Assembly: GCF_964194155.1 (NCBI RefSeq)
Contig: NC_135901.1
Location: 33,914,001-33,978,000 of the forward strand
Direction: 5' to 3'
DNA length: 64,000 bases
From: Cetorhinus maximus
Lineage: Eukaryota
Positions 12,431 through 23,215 of the stretch are shown here, piece by piece. Numbering within the stretch: the first letter of the stretch is position 1; every line of letters begins with the position of its first letter. The notes beneath the pieces were generated by a model. The model saw only the letters and a program-made list of their open reading frames with translations. It was not told the DNA's origin and did no database searches. The position numbers and the translations under genes are program-made.

Positions 12431-12676
12431 AAGTATATTGCTGAATAAAGACATTTTGTCAAAGCTTTTCATCATGCGCTCATCAGGACAATCACAAGAC
12501 TACCAATGTCAGGGGAAGCAACAACTCTATACTGTATGAGAAGAGTGCTGATTGCTTGGTAAGTGGACTCTGGCTGGTAGAAGCGTTGCCATGGAGAATG
12601 CACCAGTTAATGGTGACTGAGAGTTAACTGCCAAGCATTGTTTGAAATTTTAAGCCAGGCAGCTTGACTCTGATTG
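12430..12676 (-). mobile_element. Fragment of the family-2 hammerhead element
   Basis: Minus strand 12457-12490 reads tgtc-CTGATGA-gcgcatgat-GAAAAGCTT-T-gaca. The flanks match the elements at 10400-10765 and 55380-55806. Confidence 0.6.
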
Positions 12677-14149
12677 CACCGAGTGAGGCCTCAGCTTTCT
12701 CCTAATTACAGATCCGGATTAACGACCACCATCTTTATTTGCAATGTGCAGGGGGTGCAAGCGCGGCCGCCATATTTTTCGGGGGCAATGTTGTTGAAAA
12801 TTTTCCAATGGCAGAATGGGAACAACTTGTTCATCAAACTGCTTCACACTTTGAGTTACAATGTCTTACTGATGAGGCAGAACAACAATATATGTCCAAG
12901 TCAGTGACAATAATTTGTATTTATTTGTGCCTTTAACATAATAAAACTTTCCATGGCACTTCACAGAAATGTTAGAAAGTAACATTTGACACTGAGCCAC
13001 ATAAGGAGATATTAGGGCAGGTGATCAAAAGCTTGGTCAAAGAGGTAAGTTTTAAGGAGTATCTTGAGGAAACTGAGGTGGAGAGGTCTAAGGAGGAAAT
13101 TTCAGATCTTGTGTCCTCGGCAAATAACAAAATGGTCACCAATGGCGGAGTGATAGATGGGCACGATAGGTAGGAAAGTTGGGGTTTGCTTCTGTTGATG
13201 TTAAAAATCCCTGTAACTGGATTGGAGTTTAATATTCTGGGTAAATGTCAAATAAGTCAGCTACATTTCAAGCACATTGTTGTCGATTTCTGTCTTTCCC
13301 ACCTGAATGTTAAACATCACCTGGCTGATGCTCAGAAAAGACGATCTGTGGGGAGGATCATACGGCAGGAACAGAAGGTCAGCCTGGGCACTGTCCTTCA
13401 GGGTCACAATTAGAGAGACAAACAGCACTTTGTTCTCTCTCATCTCTCTTAACTGACAGCAAAGTCCCCATGAGGGTTAAACCTGACATGTGTAAGAAAT
13501 GTGTCCCAGCCACTCTCTTCCATGGTACAGAGCTCCTAGATATGGAACAGAAGGCTGTGTTTAGAGCCTGGAAGAACAATGGTGAATTCTTGAAATTGCT
13601 GTCAGACCAGAGATTGGTGTGAAACTGATCTGTTCCTGATTGAAAGTGAAACGGCAGGTTTAAGTTGAATATGTAAATCGGTAATCAGGCTTTCACAATG
13701 AGTCAACACAGGTTCCAGCCCTCCAGGTCCATGAGTTGTTACAGAACTCTCTGCTCCCTTGGTCCTTCTGCCTCTGAGTTCCCTTCCTGTTGGTTTCCAG
13801 AACAATTAATCACCTCTCGCCAACATTACCCTGTCAGATGGAGTTCTGGGCTGGCAGGAAGAAAAAAAGTTGAGATCATGAATCTGAATTGGGAAATAAA
13901 ATTAGATAAACATGATTATATGTTTAAAGAAAACCATTTAAAAGTAATGAAAATAAGTATTGCTATCACTATATTCATTTTGTGCATGATGGGTAACGAG
14001 TGGGAGTAGATAATATTCAGTGTTTTGTACCATTTTAATTTTCAATGAGTGTGACACATGATCTTTCCATTTCTTGACTGCATAAATAATGATTCCCTAC
14101 TACCTGGAAAGTTCAGAGTGGGTGAATACGGCCTACCTCCATCAGAAGG

Positions 14150-14670
14150 GCACCAAAGCACATGCGAAGGAATCCGCCTCCAGTGCCGGCCTTCCAGCGC
14201 GGAGCACGCAGGAAGCTGAGCGCAGCCTGAGTAACAGCGAATGAATAATTATAAACGATTGGGGACTTCCAATGGCAAGGACTTTACCCAGCATTCCCCG
14301 CGGTGGAGAATGTCCCCTATTCTCAGCAGGGGACCTGTACGCATGCGCATTGCCGCCCAGTACTCCGAGCCAGCGCAGGGTGAGCGATGACGATGGGGAG
14401 ACGCTTATTTGTCGCTCGGCAGCCGGTAAGATGCGGCGGCGGGGAGGAGAACCGGCGGGTGGGCGGGGAGGGTTCATTAACACCTGGTGTAGGCCGCAAA
14501 CCCTCAATGAAAACCTGGAGCTCCCGCGTCTGCAGCGCCGGGGCTTTTAACCGGGAGTAGGCCCAGGTTAGCGGCGGCCATATTGTTCCAGTGCGGAGCA
14601 GGGCGCATGCGTGGCTATCACGGTGACGTGCAGAGAGTGGGCGGGGATTCGAGGTCTCAGTGACCAAGAG
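14150..14670. promoter_or_regulatory. CpG-island promoter region for the ZNF at 15326
   Basis: NRF1-like GCATGCGC/GCGCATGCG at about 14340 and 14603, YY1-like GCGGCCATATT at about 14573, GC box at about 14640. Paralogous to 19620-20300 and 39520-39910. Confidence 0.65.
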
Positions 14671-15325
14671 AGAATGTGATCGATTCATTGATTTTATTCT
14701 CACTCTGCACACAGAGGCTGGAGAAGTGAACCTAGCCAGGGTAGAAGGTGGAGCTGGTGTGATGGGTTTAGATTTCAGCACAGGGAGGAGCGAGAGTGTG
14801 TGGCATGGGAATTTACAGCTTTGGTGCAACGAATGAGGGAGAAAATGTTGCATAGAAACTAGGATTGCCTGTTCTGCATTTCTGTCCTGCACTTGCAGTG
14901 ATGACTTTTGTAAATTCCTTTCACAGGGTATTAAAAGGGAAGATTTACAGATGGGAAACTCAAATCAAGTTCACAACAAATCTGATAGAGTCGCTTTTTA
15001 TATCAGGACATGAATATGGTCGGCCTTTGAATGTACAAGGAGAGATGTTTGCCTGTTTTGTCACTGAGAAAAGGTTTTAACTTCAGTGTGATTGCCTCCG
15101 ACTGCTGTGGCCTTTGTATGATTCTATTCCCTTATAAAAGCACCGAGACACACACGCCCGATTGTGAGTACTCCAGTGCACTCACTGTGGAAACAGCTTT
15201 AACCAGTTACATGTTCTGAAAGAACATTGCACCATTCACAGCAAGGGGAAACTACGCACATATTCCATGTGTGGATAGGCTTCAACTGATCATCCAACCT
15301 GAAGAGGCACAAGGACACTGGCACC

Positions 15326-16444
15326 ATGGAGAAACCGTGGAAATGTGAGGACTGTGGTAAAGGATTCAATTATCCATCCCGGCTGAAATATCATCGCCAC
15401 AGTCACATTGGGGCTGAAATCATGGAGAAACCATGGAAATGTGAGGAGTGCGGTAAAGGATTCAGTTATCGATCCATACTGGAAATTCACCGACGCATTC
15501 ACACTGGAGAGAGGCCATGGAAATGTGAGGAATGTGGGAAGGGATTCAATTATCCATCCCTGTTGGAAAACCATCGTCGCAGTCACACTGGGGAGAGGCT
15601 ATGGAAATGTGAGGAATGTGGGAAGGGATTCAATTATCCATCCCTGCTGGAATACCATCGACGCAGTCACACGGTGACCGGCAGCATGGAGAAACCTTGG
15701 AAATGTGAGGACTGTGGGAAAGGATTCAATTTCCCATGCCTGCTGGAAATTCATCGACGCAGTCACACTGGGGAGAAGCCGTTTACCTGTTCCATGTGTG
15801 GGAAGGGATTTACTAAGTCAACCAACCTGCTGAGACACCAGCGAAATCACACTGAGGAGAAGCCATTCAGCTGCACTTACTGTGGAAAGAGTTTTGGGCA
15901 GTTATCCAACCTCACTGCACACAAGCGAGTTCACACTGGTGAAAGACCGTTCACCTGCTCCAAGTGTGGGAAGGGATTCACTCAATCAGCCAGCCTCATG
16001 TTACACCAGCGAATTCACACTGAGGAGAGGCCCTTCAGCTGCACTTACTGTGGAAAGAGGTTCAGGCAGTCTTCCGACCTCACTGCACACCAGCGAGTTC
16101 ACACTGGGGAGAGGCCATTCACCTGCTCTGTGTGTGGGAAGGGATTCACTCATTCATCTGGCCTTTGGTCACACCAGCGAATCCACACTGAGGAGAAGCC
16201 ATTCAACTGCACTTCCTGTGGAAAGAGGTTCAGGCACTCTTCTGCCCTCACTGCACACCAGCGAGTTCACACTGGGGAGAGACCTTTTACCTGCTCTGTG
16301 TGCGGGAAGGGATTTACTCAGATCTCTCACCTGCTGACACACCAGCGAATTCACACTGGGGAGCGGCCATTCACCTGCTCCATTTGTGGGAAGGGATTCA
16401 CTCAGTCTCAACACCTGCTGTCACATCAACGAGTTCACAAGTGA
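15326..16444 (+). CDS. C2H2 zinc-finger protein, 13 fingers, no KRAB domain
   Basis: Intact 372-aa ORF with 13 CxxC..HxxxH units, TGE(R/K)PF linkers and a Kozak context caccATGG. Confidence 0.92.
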   Translation: MEKPWKCEDCGKGFNYPSRLKYHRHSHIGAEIMEKPWKCEECGKGFSYRSILEIHRRIHTGERPWKCEECGKGFNYPSLLENHRRSHTGERLWKCEECGKGFNYPSLLEYHRRSHTVTGSMEKPWKCEDCGKGFNFPCLLEIHRRSHTGEKPFTCSMCGKGFTKSTNLLRHQRNHTEEKPFSCTYCGKSFGQLSNLTAHKRVHTGERPFTCSKCGKGFTQSASLMLHQRIHTEERPFSCTYCGKRFRQSSDLTAHQRVHTGERPFTCSVCGKGFTHSSGLWSHQRIHTEEKPFNCTSCGKRFRHSSALTAHQRVHTGERPFTCSVCGKGFTQISHLLTHQRIHTGERPFTCSICGKGFTQSQHLLSHQRVHK

Positions 16445-16979
16445 CTGCAGGGGTTGTATTCTGCTGTTATTTTGCTGTTAATCAATTCCAAGACTGATTA
16501 TCTGACTATGTTTGGTTTGTTTCTGCTGATGTTCACAACCCCTATAACTCTCTGCGTTTATTATTCTGGATATGTCGCTGATTTTGGAGCTGCAGTTTTA
16601 AAAGTACCACCTGCGATCTTTCCTCTTAATCACAAACTCTGAACAGAAACTTGATTACAATAAAGTTATGAACTTTTAATTCAATCCTAAATTGATCTTT
16701 GGGACTAATTCTACAATTCAGTGTCTGAGAGGTTCCACTCTCAATTAGAAATTGTTTAATCCTTGCTGACATTTTTTACTGACTTGCACATTACACACAG
16801 TGAGTCCCATTATGAAATTAAACTATCAAGTAACATAAACAAACCAGTAAAATGTTTTACAGGCACATCAATAAGACAGGTAGTCTGTGATGTGAATTGG
16901 GCCATTAAAGGACTAGATAGGATGAAATCACAGGTAATGACAGAGCGATGGCAGGAGTATTCAATCATTGTTTGCCTTG

Positions 16980-17890
16980 ATGTTTCCCAGGGAGACAGAA
17001 CAGGGAAACATGACATTGAATGATGAGGTGAGAAATGAGATAAGTGCATTTAAAGTCAAGAAAGGATGTGTTGAATAAACTAATCAAACTCAAAGGAGAT
17101 AAAGTGGCTTGGATGGATTGAATCCACATATTTTAAAAGAATGTAGGGAAGAGATAGCACAGGCAGTACTGCACATAATTCATTCACAGAAGGTGTAGTG
17201 CCAGAGGTATGGTGGATAGCTAATGTAATTCCTAATATGCCCCATAATAGACTAATGAATAAGGACAGAGATTGTGGAGTCAGGGGACACGTGGCAGAAT
17301 GGACTGCTAGCTGGCTTCAAGACAGAAAGCTGTGATTAGGAGTAAAGGGTAGTTATTCAGAGTGACAGAAAGTGGGAAGCTGTGTTCCACAAGGATCAGT
17401 GCTGGGACCACTGCTGTTCACAATTTACATTAACAATTTGGAATCAAATGCACAGTTTCTAAATTTGGGATGGCACCAAATTGGGGAGATAGTCAGCCCT
17501 GAGGAGATCTGCAACAAGATACAGGCGGACATTAATAAACTACAGAATGGACAAATAATTGATGCAGAGAGAATGTTTCCTCTTATGGAGAGGAGCATTA
17601 CTAGAGGTCATCAATATGACACAGTCACCAAGAAATTCAATAGGAAATTCAGAATAACCTTCTTCACTTGAAAGTGCTAAGAATATGAAACATGCAACTA
17701 CAGGGGTTGGTTGAAGTGATGACTGTATATGTTTTATGGGAACGTTTGACAAGTATATGAGGGAGGAGGAAATATCGGGTTACAGTGATTGATTTCGAAG
17801 TGGAAAGGTGGGAGGAGGTTCGAGTGAACATAAATGCCAGCATGGACTGGTTGGGCTGAATGACCTACCTCTGTGCTGTATACCCTGTGT
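16980..17890 (+). mobile_element. Old, deleted CR1 ORF2 and 3' UTR
   Basis: VPQGSVLGPLLFTIYINNL in ORF 17372-17671. CR1 tail gggctgaatgacc..tgtgctgta. Confidence 0.8.
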
Positions 17891-17949
17891 AAAGCTAATC
17901 CTATATAAAGCTTCAACTGATTATCTGATCTGGAGAGACATAGTAACAG

Positions 17950-18445
<496 letters not shown>

Positions 18446-18479
18446 TGCATTGGTTGGATTCTGCTGTTATCCTGGCCAC

Positions 18480-19215
18480 TGTCTGAGCCTGAACCAAACT
18501 GTTCATCACCTCAGTGTCAATTTCACCCTGAGCTGATTTTCTGACCCATATCTGCTCCATCACCAAGGCCACCTACTTCCACCTCTGTGACATCTCCTGT
18601 CTTGTCTCTTGCTTCAGCCAATTTGCTGCTGAAGCCCTCATATTCCTCCCTTTTCTCCCTCTAGACCCAACTATTCCAAAGTTCTCCTAACGTTCCTCTC
18701 ATATTCCAGCTGCTGGAAATACACTGCTGCCTGTATCCTAACTCAAAGTTAGTGCCATTCACCCATTAGCCCTGTACTCACTGATCTACGTTGGTTCCTG
18801 GTCTGGCAATGCATCAATTTTACAATTCACAAATTGTTTTACAAATCTCTCCACGGTCTCACCTTTCACTCTCTCTGTAACCACCTCCAGCCCAACATCC
18901 CTCCGAGATCTTCCCACTCCTCCAATTCCGGACTCTTATGCATCCCCGATTTTCATCATTCCACCAGTTCTGTATGTGCATTCAGCTGCCTGGGTGCAAA
19001 GCTCTGGATTCTCTCCCTAACCATCTCAACCTTTGTAACTTTCTCTTCTCTCCTTTAAGAGGCTCCTTAAAACCTGCCTCTTTGACCCAGTGTTTGGTCA
19101 CCTGTCCTGATATCTCCTTTTGTGTCTTGGTGTTGAGGTTTGTATGATAACGCTCCTGTGAAGCACCTTAGGATGTTTGAATGTGTTAAAGATGCTATAT
19201 AAATAAAAATTGTTA
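18480..19215 (+). mobile_element. L2 LINE 3' fragment inserted in a ZNF 3' UTR
   Basis: LHW-like and YKSLHGL..PPRS motifs plus an L2 tail (gatgctatataaat). The ZNF UTR resumes at about 19216. Confidence 0.75.
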
Positions 19216-19619
19216 TTGCTGTTGTTAATCACATTCAGGACTGAACTATCTTCATTCTGACTTTGGGAGTTTATTGCCGCTGATTTTAATAATCTCTACC
19301 TAACAGGGCTGGAGTTTAAAATGCTGGATATAATTCATAAATCAGTTTTGTTTCACACACACTGTGATGAATTTTGATTTATATTTGATACGAGGAGACT
19401 AATGGATGTCCTGTTACTGATTATTCAGTTTATTGTGATTCTCTTCTTTCTTACTCTAGATTATTTCAGTTCTCAAACCTTTAGTTACAAGTCCCAGCTC
19501 CCCAAACCAGACACTGAATTTCCTTTCCCACCACACTGTGTTAATTCCCTTTAATAATCCCTGCTGTCTGTCCTGAACGTTGTAAATGATGAAGATGAAC
19601 AACATCTGCAGAACCTGGA

Positions 19620-20310
19620 GGTCTTGTTCCCAGCATTCCTATCGGTGGAGAATGTCCCAGGACAGCCAAGCGAACCAGTGCGCATGCGCAGTGCGGGTGA
19701 TGGCGATGTGCAGCTGCTTGTTTATTGCTCTCTGCAGCTGGTAAGTTTATTGGACGTCACAAAGGGAGGGATGGATGCAATGAGAGGGTGGAAAGGCTTC
19801 ATAAGCACCCAGCGTAGACCCTAAACCCCGAATATAGAACCAGCGGCCCCACCTTTTCCCCGCCCGGGGCCCCAGCTGTGGATCTTCTCCGGATCAAAAA
19901 CCCGGGTTAACGGCCGCCATCTTGAGAGGAGGCAGAGTGCGGCAGGGCGCATGCGCAGTCTCCCTGGGCCAAGGAGCGAATCGGGAGTGTCTAGCTCAGC
20001 CCCGCCCCTCATTCACTCTGATTGGTTGGAGGACCAGCCGCCCGTTTCAGTCCTCCAGCCCCACACCCTTGTCCTCTTTGCCTGCGTGGGTGAAGGGAGG
20101 ACGATAAATAAGAGCTTACACGTTGGGGTCAAATCAACGAGGATTCTGATCTCTGGGAAGAAGGGAAACCCTGGGAGGGAGGGGGGGAGGATCCAGAAAC
20201 ACCCGCTGAAGGCCGCAAACCCCCAATAAGTTCCTTCATGTGCGGCCACCTCGGTGAAGCAACAGAGGGTGGGCGGGGCTTCAGGGTCCCAGTGACCAGG
20301 AGAGAAAATG
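19620..20310. promoter_or_regulatory. CpG-island promoter region for the ZNF at 21946
   Basis: NRF1 TGCGCATGCGCA at about 19679 and GCGCATGCGCA at about 19947, YY1 CGGCCGCCATCTT at about 19911, ATTGG at about 20021, GC boxes. Confidence 0.7.
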
Positions 20311-20454
20311 ATTGATTTATTGACAGCTGTAGGGTTTCTTTATAAAGGTTGCAAAACCCTGCAGCCTGTTAGGGATGGAGGGGTACAGTAAATCAGAGAT
20401 AGAGTTTGGTGTGAAATCAATGATCTGTTGTGAAACAGGAGGTCAGGATTACAG

Positions 20455-20995
20455 TCAAAAAAACAACTTCTATTTATATAGCACCTTTATCATCCTATGT
20501 CATCCTAGTGAACTTCACAGGAAAATTATAAAGCTAAGTGTGACACCCAAACACATAAGAAGATGTTAGAATAAGTGAGCAAAATTTTGGGCAAAGAGGT
20601 TGGTTTTAAGGAGAGACTTAAAGGAGCAAACTGAGATAGAGAGAGATGGAGAGGTGTAGGGAGGATATACCAGAGTTTGGGGCCAAGGGAACTGAAGGCA
20701 CGGCCACCAATGGCGGAGCAATTATAACAGGAACCCACAGGAGGCCAGAATTATAGCACTCAGATGTCTTGGAGGGTTATGGGGTTGGAGGACATTGTAG
20801 AGATATAGAGGGATGAGGCCATGGAGGGATTAGTAAACGAGACTAAGAATTTTAAAATGAAGAGTTTGCTTGACTTGGACCCAAAGCACATCAGGCAGTG
20901 CAGGGGTATTGGGGAACAGGACCTGCTGCGATTTAAGACACAGACAACAGACTTTGGAATGGCTACAAGTTTATGCAGGTAGAATATGGGGGAAA
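20455..20995 (-). mobile_element. L2 3' fragment
   Basis: IGGRAFSSLGPKLW motif (ORF 20526-20738) and an L2 tail. Confidence 0.72.
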
Positions 20996-21052
20996 GCCTA
21001 TCTCTAGTTGAACTAATTTGTTAAAAAGACGCTGAAAGAATTATCCAACACT

Positions 21053-21425
21053 TCACAGAATCAGACAGTGCAGAAGAGGCCCTTCGACCCATCAAGTCTG
21101 CACCGACATGTGAGAAACACCTGACCTACCTACCTAATCCCATTTACCAGCACTTGGCCCATAGCCTTGAATGTTATGATGTGCCAAGTGCTCATCCAGT
21201 TACTTTTTAAAGGATGTGGGGCAACCCGTCTCCACCACTCTCCCAGGCAGTGCATTCCAGACCGTCACCACCCTCTGGGTAAAACATTTTTTCCTCACAT
21301 CCCCCCTAAACCTCCTGCCCCTTACCTTGAACTTATGTGCCCTCGTGACTGACCCTTCAACTAGTGGGAACAGCTGCTCCCTATCCACCCTGTCCATGCC
21401 CCTCATAATCTTGTACATCTCGATT
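21053..21425 (-). mobile_element. CR1 3' end
   Basis: YKIMRGMDRVDREQLFP..FTQRVV..WNALP plus the CR1 tail hairpin region. Confidence 0.9.
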
Positions 21426-21945
21426 TTGATTTCAGGACAGAGAGGAGGGAGAGTGTGTGGGACAGGGTTTTGCAGCTTTGGTGGAACAAGGGAAGGAAAA
21501 ATGTTTCATAGAAACTAGAATTGTCTGTTCTGACTTTCTATCCTGTACTAGCAGTGATGACTTTTATAACATCCTTTTACAGGGTATTAGAAGGAGAGGA
21601 TTTGCATACAGAAGACTCAAACCAAATAGCACATCAAGATCTGACAGTCACTCGATTAATCAGGGCCTGAATATCATTACCTTTGAATGTAGGAGGAGAA
21701 ATGTTTGTCTGTTCTGTCTGTAGGGAAAGATTTCAAACATCAGTGTGACTGGGAAAGCACCGAGACACAGACACACCCGAGTGAGAGTGTTCCAGTGAAC
21801 TGACTGTGGAAGGAGCTTCAACTAGTTACACAGCCTGAAAAAACATCACACCATTCACAGTGAGGAGAAAATATACACGTGTTCTGTGTGTGGACGAGGT
21901 TTCAGCTGATCATCCATCCTGGAGTGACTCAAGGACATCCGCACC

Positions 21946-22563
21946 ATGGAGAAACCGTGGAAATGTGAGGATTGTGGGAAGGGATTCAGTTACCCATCCT
22001 GGCTGAAAAACCATCGGCGCAGTCACACCAGGGAGAGGCCGTTCACCTGCTCTGAGTGTGGGAAGGGATTTACCCGGTCATCCCACCTGCTGACACACCA
22101 GCGAGTTCACACAGGGGAGAGGCCATTCATCTGCTCCGAGTGTGGGAACGGATTCACTCAGTCATCTGACCTGCTGAGACACCAGCAAGTTCACATTGGA
22201 GAGAGACCATTCACCTGCCCTGAGTGTGGGAAGGGATTCACTCAGTCATCCACCCTGCTGACACACCAGCGAGTTCACACTGGGGAGAGACCATTCACAT
22301 GCTCAGTGTGTGGGAAAGGATTCACTCGGTCATCCCAACTGCGAACACACCAGCGAGTTCACACTGGGGAGAGGCTGTTCACTTGCTCCTTGTGTGGGGA
22401 GGGATTCACTCAGTTATCCCAACTGCGAACACACCAGCGAGATCACACTGGGGAGAGACCGTTCACGTGCTCTGCGTGTGGGAAGGGATTCACTCGGTCA
22501 TCCCAACTGCGAACACACCAGCAGGTTCACAATCGAGAGAGGCCATTCACCTGTCCTGTATGA
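21946..22563 (+). CDS. C2H2 zinc-finger protein, 7 complete fingers, truncated by TGT>TGA; decayed fingers continue to 22788
   Basis: 205-aa ORF starting MEKPWKC. The stop falls at the second Cys of finger 8, and further finger-like DNA with stops lies at 22564-22788. Confidence 0.8.
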   Translation: MEKPWKCEDCGKGFSYPSWLKNHRRSHTRERPFTCSECGKGFTRSSHLLTHQRVHTGERPFICSECGNGFTQSSDLLRHQQVHIGERPFTCPECGKGFTQSSTLLTHQRVHTGERPFTCSVCGKGFTRSSQLRTHQRVHTGERLFTCSLCGEGFTQLSQLRTHQRDHTGERPFTCSACGKGFTRSSQLRTHQQVHNRERPFTCPV

Positions 22564-23215
22564 GGGAAAGGACTCACTGGGTCCTCTGATGCGGTAAAGC
22601 ACCAACGAATTCACACTGAGGCGAGGCCGTTCAGCTGCACTTCCTGTGGAGAAAGATTCAAGTCTTCGTCAAACCTTCTGAGACGCCAAGGAGTTCACAC
22701 TGGGGAGAAATCTTTCACCTGTTCCAAGTGTGGGAAGGGATTCCCTCAGTCATCCTAGATGTTCACACACCAGCGAGTTCACAAGTGACCGCAGGGGTTG
22801 GATTCTGCTGTATTTGCTGCTGTTAATCACATCCAGGACTGAACCACGTTCATTCTGACAGTTGTGGTTTGTTTCTGCTGATGTTAATAATCCCTGTAAC
22901 TTGGCTAGAGTTTAATATCCTGGATCTATCGCTGATTGTGTTCTCGGGACTGCAGTGTCCCTTTAAGAACCGCTGTCTCTGCTCTTTCCCCGTAATTCAG
23001 GAACTCTCATCAGAAATTAGTTTACAACACGATTCTGAACTTTTACTTCAATCCTAAATTGATCGTTGGTACGAACTCTACAATTCAGTGTCTGAGTGGT
23101 TCCACTGATTAACATCCCCAATTAAAAAGTGCTGATTTAATCCTTGCTGACAATTCTTACTGACTTGCGCATTACTCACAGTGACACCTCCATTATCCAC
23201 CAGAAAGAAGGGGAA

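Noticed and set aside
12885-12900. Nearby CTGATGAG (about 12869), and CTGACGAG at about 39256, as hammerheads
   Set aside because: No helix II followed by GAAA and no helix I complement.
15408-16497. Alternative-frame and antisense ORFs over ZNF exons (also 22224-22597, 46035-46716, 57998-58564)
   Set aside because: Shadow frames produced by the 84-bp finger periodicity.
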